64,000 nt of DNA, taken from Clostridia bacterium. GTDB taxonomy: Bacteria > Bacillota > Clostridia > JAAYHZ01. A model generated the notes under the pieces. It was not told the origin of the DNA. It did not search any database and saw only the letters and a program-made list of their open reading frames with translations. The stretch lies in the NCBI GenBank assembly GCA_050950825.1, contig JBMNIH010000006.1, positions 128,001 through 192,000 on the forward strand, given 5' to 3'. The translations under genes and the position numbers were made by a program. Positions 10,687 through 18,505 of the stretch are shown here, in pieces; position 1 is the stretch's first letter, and every line of letters begins with the position of its first letter.

Positions 10687-11040
10687 GAATTTATTCCTCC
10701 TATTGGTATGTTATATATTTATTTCAATAATACTGTCGTATTATAGAAATCCGTGAAGATCGTCAAAAGGATTTAAGATTGGCAAAATTTATGATGTGCA
10801 AAATGTTTCGACTTGTTCAATCACCGGTATTTTATTTGACCTGTTCCATTGTTTTATGTTATCTCTTTTTTGCCCAACCAATAAACATTAAAATATGGTA
10901 TTATCACTCCCGTTCGAAAGATTATATATTAAGTCCTATTTTACTGAAAAGGATGTACGATATGCAACTTTTTTTGTCTTTTTTTCTTCTAATTACGTCA
11001 TAAAATATCTGTATTTTATAGATTTTTGCAGTTTGGATAC

Positions 11041-11076
11041 AAGGCCGGATTATGACTATGCAACAATCCGGCTTTT
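11041..11076. terminator. Terminator hairpin downstream of the small spore protein gene
   Basis: AAGGCCGGATT...AATCCGGCTTTT. Confidence 0.55.
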
Positions 11077-11090
11077 CATCCTTTATTTCC

Positions 11091-11258
11091 TTATTTCTGA
11101 TTCTCATCCACGTATTCTTTTGCGTGGTAAACATCCCATTCTCCGGGTTCGATGACATTCGTCTCTTCTTGTTTATCATCCATATTGTATAACGGTGCCG
11201 TCGAGTATCTTTCTACGGGCTTTTTCTTAAAAAAATCTTTGATTCGTTTAAAGGCCAT
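11091..11258 (-). CDS. 55-aa DUF3787 / CDIF630_02480-like small spore-associated protein (below the ORF-track cutoff)
   Basis: RBS AAGGAGG, then ATG; translation MAFKRIKDFFKKKPVERYSTAPLYNMDDKQEETNVIEPGEWDVYHAKEYVDENQK with the family's P.E..TA and AKEYVDENQK C-terminus. Confidence 0.8.
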   Translation of the reverse strand: MAFKRIKDFFKKKPVERYSTAPLYNMDDKQEETNVIEPGEWDVYHAKEYVDENQK

Positions 11259-11405
11259 GGTTTCTTCCTCCTTTTACATTAATATTTTTTCAAAAGAAGG
11301 CTTGAATTATGTATGATGATAGCCTGCTTGCAATTTAAAACACTAGTATAATAATAGAAAAATTATATCCTGATGATGTTTTTGATATTATAAGTCAAAT
11401 ATGGT

Positions 11406-11450
11406 AAAAAGAGTAGGAGTAAGGCTCAAAACCTTATTCCTACTCTTTTT
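11406..11450. terminator. Strong bidirectional hairpin
   Basis: AAAAAGAGTAGGAGTAAGG-CTCAAAA-CCTTATTCCTACTCTTTTT. Confidence 0.6.
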
Positions 11451-11597
11451 AATATAGAACTATTGTTGATATTTGGCCTTTAATTTTATTACCTGTCACT
11501 TTTATCCGTATAAAAAGTTCCCAAATGAACTGGAATAAAAAGTTAGGTACTACAAGGAACTAAGACATTAAAAGTAATGAAATAAAGAGGTATACCC

Positions 11598-11717
11598 TTT
11601 ACAAATAATATCCAATATGCTATTTTAATTTAGGCATTTTAGAAAGTAGTTAGTAAATTGAGTAGAACAGCAGAAGTAATTGCTTTACTGCAATTTATTT
11701 CTCCTGTTCTACTTTTA
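11598..11717 (+). ncRNA. Putative ~85-nt small RNA with its sigmaA promoter and terminator
   Basis: TTTACA-17bp-TATTTT with extended TG (11598-11626), followed by AGTAGAACAG...CTGTTCTACT-TTT hairpin; no protein-sized ORF. Confidence 0.35.
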
Positions 11718-12056
11718 TAAAATAGTTTTATATTTTGATAGAATATCAATGGAAAGATTAAAACCCGATTTTAGAAACGGGTTCCTTTATAAGAAAATTA
11801 GTAAGAATGAATTATTAGAATTCATTCTTTTGCATGAGAAACGGAGCAAATAGGTAGATTTTAATAGGGAAAAGGAGTTAGAAACGGTTTTAAGGGTTAA
11901 GGAATAAAAAAGTGATTCTAAAATTGAAAAAGGCAGGTGAAGGGGGATTATAGGTTAAAGGGAATAGGGGTCTTGGAATTAAAAACTGCATAATATGATA
12001 GTAACTATTAAAGTATTAAATTTTCTTACCCATTAAATCTTATTAAAAATCTATAG

Positions 12057-12091
12057 AAAAAGACTTTCCAGTTTTCTTGCTGGAAAGCCTT
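12057..12091 (-). terminator. Terminator of the 95-aa orphan gene
   Basis: CTTTCCAG...CTGGAAAG stem with an A-run on the left (U-tail on the minus strand). Confidence 0.6.
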
Positions 12092-12100
12092 GTAAGATAA

Positions 12101-12388
12101 TTAGTTAGTAAGCCATTCATCTAAATAAACAATCATTTGACTTATGCTTGGATATTTTTCTCTAAACTGCTCAGGTGATAGTTCAGGTATTTGTTTTGAT
12201 AGTTTTGCAAGAAGAGCCTTTGATTCTTCTAGTAAATCCTTCTCACTGTCATAGTTGCATTCATAAACAGTTACTAAAATATCAAGAATGTAATCCAATT
12301 TTTGGTATTGAATAGAGTCTTTACCTAACACCTTCTCGACATTACTTAATAGTCCTTTGATTTCTGATTTAAGATTCTTATTTTTCAT
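12101..12388 (-). CDS. Hypothetical protein (95 aa, helical)
   Basis: RBS AAGGAG upstream, own promoter (TTGACT-18-TACAAT, 12449-12420) and terminator; no recognisable motif. Confidence 0.6.
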   Translation of the reverse strand: MKNKNLKSEIKGLLSNVEKVLGKDSIQYQKLDYILDILVTVYECNYDSEKDLLEESKALLAKLSKQIPELSPEQFREKYPSISQMIVYLDEWLTN

Positions 12389-12532
12389 ACAGCACCAACT
12401 CCTTTCCAAGATTTACAGTATTGTAGGAAAGGATAAACATAAAAGTCAAATATATTTTTTAAGTCAAATCCAAATTAGTGTGTAAATTACCTCGGCATTT
12501 TAAATGTAGCAATCAGCCTATGGTCGCAAGCG

Positions 12533-12694
12533 TTTATGCCGCGAAAGCTGTTGACAATGAGTTACATGGCATGTTAGGCTGATAGCCGGGCATCATCCAC
12601 CTTCTATGAAGCCCATCCCTGTTACTGTGGGGGATGGCCCCGATGCCGGAAAACATGCCATGAGAGGCTCGTTGTCAACAGACCGTGGAATAAA
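12533..12694 (+). other. ssoA-like (single-strand origin / ssDNA promoter) hairpin, copy A, inside IS256
   Basis: RS_B-like TTTATGCCGCGAAAG, TTGACA (12551) in a stem, TG-extended TAGGCT (12575), closing CCGTGGAATAAA; homologous copy at 46777-46940. Confidence 0.6.
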
Positions 12695-12701
12695 TGCGAT
12701 C

Positions 12702-13913
12702 TTAGGCAGCAGTACCGGACTTCGAATCGTTCTCTTTCCGCATCTGGTAATACAACTGCATATTGAAATATTTGTGTCCTGTTTGCCACTTTTCATGCTG
12801 TTCCATTAATAAAGCACCCATAAGCCGTATGGCTGATGATGCATTGGGAAAGATTCGAATAACCCGTTCACGACGACGAATTTCCTGGTTGAGTCTTTCC
12901 ACACTATTTGTAGTACGAAGCCGTTTTCGATACCTTAAGGGCAGGGCCAGAACAGCAGTGATATCGTCAAATGCCTCGTCCAGAATAGCCGTGGCTTTCG
13001 GCGCCTTGGCTTCATAATTTTGGATTATCCCATCTCTGATGTTACGAGCACTCTCAAGGTCAACGGCCTCATAAAGCCGGCGTAGCTCTTCTTTAATTTC
13101 AGGTTGCAGCGCCTTCGGTGTATGATCCAAAATGTTCTTGGAAAAGTGTGTTTGACAGCGTTGCCAACCAGCGCCTTGAAAGTGCCTTCTAACAGCTTTG
13201 ACCAACCCTTTATGGTCGTCAGAGGTAACCAAATCAACATTCTTTAGCCCTCTTTCTTTAAGAGAGGAAAAGAATTCACCCCAGCTGCTTTCGGATTCAC
13301 TGTTGGCTAATTGAAACCCTATGATTTCGCGATAGCCTTCCTCATTCACTGCAGTGGCTATCAACAAACCACTTGATTGTACGCGACCATTTTCCCGCAC
13401 ATTTACAAAGATGGCATCCACTATGAGAAAGGGATAGTGGCACTGCAGAGGACGAGTTCTAAAAGCCTCCACGATGGGATCTAACTTCTTGCAAAGATCT
13501 GAGACAGTGGATCTTGAGAACTTCTTCCCGCATAGTTCCTCGGTTATTAATTCCACTTTTCGAGTGGAAACACCATTGACTACCATCTCCATCATTGCCA
13601 ACACCAATGCTTGTTCACTGCGCTGATATCGGGCAAATAACTCTGTGGAGAACTGCCCGTTGCGGTGTCTGGGAATGCGCAGGGTAAGTGTACCTACTCG
13701 AGTAGTTAACTGTCTATCTCGATATCCATTGCGGTATGCGGTTCTTTCTTCGGATCGCTCGTAGGGGTCGGCCTTCAATTGCTCTGAAGACTGGGCTAAA
13801 AGAACCTGGTTAAATATTTCTTCCAATAATTTGGCAAACGCTTCATCCTTGCCATTTGATAAAAATAATCCGTGCAAAAGTTCTCCGCTTATAGTAATAT
13901 TAAATTGAGTCAT
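12702..13913 (-). CDS. IS256-family (Mutator-type DDE) transposase
   Basis: RNGYRDR, IPRHRNG, GVSTRK, LIVDA, VTSDDHKGL, WQRCQTHF, RTTNSVERLNQEIRRR. Confidence 0.97.
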   Translation of the reverse strand: MTQFNITISGELLHGLFLSNGKDEAFAKLLEEIFNQVLLAQSSEQLKADPYERSEERTAYRNGYRDRQLTTRVGTLTLRIPRHRNGQFSTELFARYQRSEQALVLAMMEMVVNGVSTRKVELITEELCGKKFSRSTVSDLCKKLDPIVEAFRTRPLQCHYPFLIVDAIFVNVRENGRVQSSGLLIATAVNEEGYREIIGFQLANSESESSWGEFFSSLKERGLKNVDLVTSDDHKGLVKAVRRHFQGAGWQRCQTHFSKNILDHTPKALQPEIKEELRRLYEAVDLESARNIRDGIIQNYEAKAPKATAILDEAFDDITAVLALPLRYRKRLRTTNSVERLNQEIRRRERVIRIFPNASSAIRLMGALLMEQHEKWQTGHKYFNMQLYYQMRKENDSKSGTAA

Positions 13914-14032
13914 TGCTCATCCCTCCTCGGGTTTGTTTTTTAGTAATTTATATTCTAACCGAGGCATGAGCTTTGGCTCAACTTCTTTTTACACCATTAT
14001 ATAGACTTAATCTATTTTTTATAAATTTAGTT

Positions 14033-14449
14033 CTAAAATGGTATATCTTCAGGCTCAATAATGATAGGATTAAAATTTTCGTCTACTAAAACAGATGGTG
14101 AGTATTTTTCAGGGAAAAGATATTCATCAAGTTTAAATGGAATGCCTCTTATTATCTTACCCATCATGTTAATAATTTGTTCTCTTGTACATTTCTCATC
14201 AATTTCTTTAATTGTATCCATATCAAATTTCTGCTTAAGCCGATACAACTGGGCATCTGAAATGTTCATAAAACAGCATTCAGGATTCTGGGAAGAATCC
14301 GTTTCACATAACTCTGCTTCACAACAAGGAGAGGCAGGGAGAGGGTCTGTTCTATTTAATTCAAATTTACAATTATTTGTATTGTTTTTAGCATTATTCA
14401 TATCAGGTTCAGTGATTGATGTAATATTGATTCTACTGCAAAAACTCAA
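14033..14449 (-). CDS. Hypothetical protein or 3' gene remnant, acidic C-terminus ending EDIPF
   Basis: 138-aa ORF with no clear RBS, between two IS elements. Confidence 0.4.
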   Translation of the reverse strand: MSFCSRINITSITEPDMNNAKNNTNNCKFELNRTDPLPASPCCEAELCETDSSQNPECCFMNISDAQLYRLKQKFDMDTIKEIDEKCTREQIINMMGKIIRGIPFKLDEYLFPEKYSPSVLVDENFNPIIIEPEDIPF

Positions 14450-14468
14450 GTAAATCTATACAATTAAT

Positions 14469-15935
14469 GTACCTAGAAAATTTCATAAAGGGCTCTTAAA
14501 AAGCCTCGAAACACTTGAAAACACTAGACTTGAGACAGGTTTTATGGTAAAATAGATATGTTTCATTAATCCATATTTTGAATTTTCCGGAGATATATTT
14601 TATGTTCAGAGCAAACGATTCACATAAACAACAACCGATTTTCTCAAGTCTCGATTGGATGCATGAAAAAGCACGCGAAAGATTTAAAAAATCTTGGGCA
14701 CCTGTATTCTATGAACATGTATTTTGCCATATCAACGAAGAACCTTTTGCGAAATTGTACAGCAAGACAGGCAGACCGAATACACCTGTGAATATATTGC
14801 TGTCTTTGGAATATATCAAGTATATGAAAGATCTGAATGATCAAGATCTTTTGGATTCCCTATATCTTGATTATCAAACGACTTATGCCGTCGGAGGGAA
14901 AACGCTTGGCGAGATTTACATATCGGAAAGAACGCTGTATTACTTTCGGGAAAGAGTATATGAATATTTGACGGAGCATCCCGAGGACGAAAACCTCTTA
15001 TTCGGTCAATTCATAGAGTTACTGAGGAATTTTGCGAAACTGACGGGAACCTCGCTCGACGAACAAAGAACCGATACGACCATGTTCGTAAGCAATATCA
15101 AGAAAGCGGGTCGATTGGCATTGGCTTACGACGTATTGGAGAAAGGGGTAAAAGCCATTCCGAAAGAACAAAGACCCGAATCAATGGGGAAGGTTCTTGA
15201 AAAGGATTTCAAAACCGAAATGCTGCATAAGGTAAGAACCGTCGATACGGAAAGCAGGCTTACGACGCTTTTGTCTATGAGCGCGGAAGCTCTCAAGATA
15301 TTGAAGGAACTGCCCGACAAGAAAGAATCGGACGAAGTTCGCATACCGGAACGGTTCATCAAAGAACAGTCGGAGACCGATGAAAACGGTAACCTTGTAC
15401 CGAAGAAGAGCAAAGAAATCTCGTCCGATTCGCTTCAATCCGCCTATGACGAGGACGCCACCTATCGAAAGAAAGGCAATAAAGGGCAAAGCGGCTATGT
15501 ACTTGAGGTATCGGAAACCTGCTCGAAAGACAACAAAGTTCAATTGATTACCGATTACGCCGTTAAGCCCAACATTGTAAGCGACAAAGAAATATTAAGC
15601 GGGCGAATCCGAAAGGTCAAAGAAAACACCGGATGTACCGACATGTACATAGACGGAGGTTTTCACTCGGAAGATGTTTACAAAGCCGCGGAAGCCAATG
15701 ATGTCCAAATTCATTTGACGGACATGTGCGGACGGAAGCCGTCGGACAAGATCTCGGTGAGTGAGTTTGAAATAAAAGAAGAAACGGGATTGATTGAAAA
15801 ATGCCCTGCGGGTCATATGCCTTTCCGATCGGTTAGAGCGAAAGGACAATTGGTGGCATACTTCGAAACAGATGTTTGTCTGCAATGCGAGCATTTTAAC
15901 AGATGCTACAGCAAACAACAAAGCAAAAACAGTGT
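14469..15935 (+). mobile_element. Truncated IS (IS1182/IS5-like, DUF772-type); right part missing
   Basis: Transposase gene cut at the IS21 left end (15936); no continuation after IS21; left boundary approximate. Confidence 0.65.
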
Positions 15936-15975
15936 TGTTTGTGCTAATCTAAAAGTAGACCACTACATTAATTGA
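14602..15975 (+). pseudogene. DDE transposase, C-terminally truncated by IS21
   Basis: GRPNTPVNILL, RTDTT, SLQSAYDEDATYRKK, YIDGGF, CPAGH and CxxC..C motifs; the last ~13 codons are IS21 IR sequence. Confidence 0.8.
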
Positions 15976-16039
15976 AAACTGTACCGGTTTGAAGTAAGAT
16001 TACCCTTTAAAAAGAATATTTTTAAAGGGGGCAAAAGGA

Positions 16040-17632
16040 GTGATGAGATTGGATCAGAAAGCAGAAATTTTAATTAAATATTATAGGGAAAATAAATCAC
16101 AGAGAGCAATAAGCCGTGAAATGAAAATTTCCAGAACCACAGTAAGAAAATATATCAAAGAATATGAATCCAAGTGCGAAAAGATTTTTGAGTTACAAGA
16201 GAATGTGGATGGTGATAAAAGTGAGATGTCAGCACTGATAGATGAACTGTCCTCTTCGCCCAGTTATGACACCAGCAACAGAAAGAAAACAAAGCTAACA
16301 ACCGAGATTATTGGCAAAATAGAAGAACTATTAATGCAGAATGAACAAAATAAGTTCCTAGGCAGATCCAAGCAGTTGATGAAGAAGATTGACATACACG
16401 AAAAGCTCGTTGATATGGGTTATGACATCAGCTACTCTACGGTGTGCAATTACATCAGAGAAAACTGCGAAATCAAAGAGGCATTCATCAGGCAAGAATA
16501 TGACTTTGGCGAAACGGTGGAATTTGACTGGGGTGAAGTAAAACTGACGATAGCCGGTAAAAATGTTACAGTACAGATGGGTTTGATGACTACAGCCTGC
16601 AGTCCGTATCATTATGCGAAGCTTTACCACAATCAAAAAATGGAGAACTTTTTAGATATTCATGTTCAGTCATTTAATAACATAGGCGGCGTTCACAAAG
16701 AAGTTGTGTATGATAACTTGAAGCAAGCCGTAAGGAAATTTGTCGGAATAAACGAAAAAGAAGCAACAGAAGACTTAATCAAGCTGTCATTGTATTACGG
16801 CTTCAAATATAGGTTTTGCAATGTAGCCAGCGGGAATGAGAAAGGTCATGTGGAGCGGGGAGTTGAGTTTGTCAGGAGAAAAATATTTTCTAGCAGAACT
16901 GATTTTGATACATTGGAGCAAGCAAATGAACATCTGATAATCGAGCTCCATAAACTTAATTCAAAGAAAAGAAACTGGTTAAAAAACAATCAAAGCCCAA
17001 TCGATGTGTTAAAGCAAGAGATGCCCTATCTCATACCATTAAAGCCATCTTACGATACATCCAGAAGGACGGAAGCGAGAGTCAATAAATACAGCGTAAT
17101 TAACTTGGATCTTAACAAATATTCAGTACCTGACTATCTTGTAGGCAAATTTGTGGATGCAAGGATTTATCCCGAAAGGATAGAAGTCCATCATAAAAAA
17201 ATTAAAGTGGCCGAGCACAAAAGATCATACCAAAAGCATGAGTGGATTATTGAGATTAATCATTATCTGGATACATTAAAAAAGAAGCCCGGAGCCTTAC
17301 ATTCCAGTGCCGGCAGGCGCCAGCTTAGCCCGGAGCTTCAAACAATTTATCATGAATATTATACAGATAAAGCAAGAGATTTCATAGAGCTTTTGGAATT
17401 AATCAAAGAGAAAGGCTTGAATAGTGTGGTTAATGCAATAAATGAACTGAAAAAGATTAAAAACGAATTGGTAACAACAGCGAATATCAAGAATATCGTT
17501 TGCAAGACTCCGAGAGAGCATTACGAACCTTTAGGAGCAGAAGATCTCACAATACAAAAGGCGTCGATAAGGCAAATAGAGATACTTAATGAAATGTTCA
17601 ATTTAAAATCATCAGGGGGGTATAAAAATTGA
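16040..17632 (+). CDS. istA: IS21 transposase IstA
   Basis: N-terminal HTH (SQRAISREMKISRTTVRKY), EFDWGE, VYDNLK, NEKGHVE, NKYSVP. Confidence 0.95.
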   Translation: MMRLDQKAEILIKYYRENKSQRAISREMKISRTTVRKYIKEYESKCEKIFELQENVDGDKSEMSALIDELSSSPSYDTSNRKKTKLTTEIIGKIEELLMQNEQNKFLGRSKQLMKKIDIHEKLVDMGYDISYSTVCNYIRENCEIKEAFIRQEYDFGETVEFDWGEVKLTIAGKNVTVQMGLMTTACSPYHYAKLYHNQKMENFLDIHVQSFNNIGGVHKEVVYDNLKQAVRKFVGINEKEATEDLIKLSLYYGFKYRFCNVASGNEKGHVERGVEFVRRKIFSSRTDFDTLEQANEHLIIELHKLNSKKRNWLKNNQSPIDVLKQEMPYLIPLKPSYDTSRRTEARVNKYSVINLDLNKYSVPDYLVGKFVDARIYPERIEVHHKKIKVAEHKRSYQKHEWIIEINHYLDTLKKKPGALHSSAGRRQLSPELQTIYHEYYTDKARDFIELLELIKEKGLNSVVNAINELKKIKNELVTTANIKNIVCKTPREHYEPLGAEDLTIQKASIRQIEILNEMFNLKSSGGYKN

Positions 17633-18390
17633 GTAATGAAATGATCACTGAAATAAAAAAATACATATCGGAGCTGAAGATTCCGGGAATCAACCAGAGA
17701 CTGACAATGAATATTGAAGAGGCATATAAATTTGATAAGCCGTATGAAGAATTTCTACGTGATATTTTAGTAGAAGCTTATGATACAAGGAAGGAAAACG
17801 GTAGGAAGAACAGGATCAGAAATGCCAAATTTCCGTATAGAAAGCACTTGGATGAACTTAGACCCGAATACCTTCCGGAAGACTGTAGAAAGAGATTAAA
17901 AGAGCTTAAAACGTTAAATTTTATTGACGAAGGAAGGAATATAATATTATCCGGAAATCCCGGAACGGGTAAGACGCATCTTTCCATTGGTCTTGGTATT
18001 GAAGCATGCAACAAGGGTTATAAGGTATATTTTTCGACGGTACCGTCCTTAATAAACGAATTAAAAGAAACAAGAAGTGAAAGAAAGCTGTATGCATATG
18101 AAAAAAGGTTTGAAAAATATGATTTAATCATCGCAGACGAGTTGGGATATATTTCTTTTGATAAAGAAGGGAGTGAATTATTATTTACATTTCTCTCTTT
18201 AAGAGCGGAGAGGAAATCCACTATCATTACAACTAATCTTTCCTTCGACAGATGGAATGAGGTATTCAATGATGCAACCATGACTGCTGCTTTAATTGAC
18301 AGATTAACCCACAAGTCTTATGTGATAAATATGAATGGAGATTCTTACAGGATAAAGGAAACTAGCGAATGGTTAGAGAAAATTAATTGA
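17629..18390 (+). CDS. istB: IS21 AAA+ helper ATPase IstB
   Basis: Walker A GNPGTGKTHL, Walker B IADELGY, ITTNL, IDRLTH. Confidence 0.96.
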   Translation: MSNEMITEIKKYISELKIPGINQRLTMNIEEAYKFDKPYEEFLRDILVEAYDTRKENGRKNRIRNAKFPYRKHLDELRPEYLPEDCRKRLKELKTLNFIDEGRNIILSGNPGTGKTHLSIGLGIEACNKGYKVYFSTVPSLINELKETRSERKLYAYEKRFEKYDLIIADELGYISFDKEGSELLFTFLSLRAERKSTIITTNLSFDRWNEVFNDATMTAALIDRLTHKSYVINMNGDSYRIKETSEWLEKIN

Positions 18391-18505
18391 TTTGATAATA
18401 GGGTGGTACAGTTTGTAGGTGGTACAGTTTTCGATTGTAAAATGGTACAGTTTTAGATTGACAAATACAACGATTTTGCGAGGCTTTGCGTGGTATAGGT
18501 TGCAC

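Larger units (their letters stand above)
12462..14012 (-). mobile_element. IS256-family insertion sequence, intact (1551 bp)
   Basis: Imperfect terminal IRs AGTCAAATCCAAATTAGTGTGTAAA / GATTAAGTCTATATAATGGTGTAAA; 9-bp TSD TATTTTTTA at 12453-12461 and 14013-14021. Confidence 0.9.
15936..18469 (+). mobile_element. IS21-family insertion sequence (2534 bp), no target duplication
   Basis: Ends TGTTTGTGCTAATCTAAAA / TGTATTTGTCAATCTAAAA; three subterminal TGGTACAGTTT repeats at 18404-18453; istAB pair. Confidence 0.9.

Noticed and set aside
10687-11040. Possible lysine riboswitch or T-box upstream of the NSS transporter
   Set aside because: No T-box (AAGGTGGnACC) or lysine-aptamer motifs seen, and a promoter-like TTGACG/TATAAT lies only ~55 bp from the start codon.
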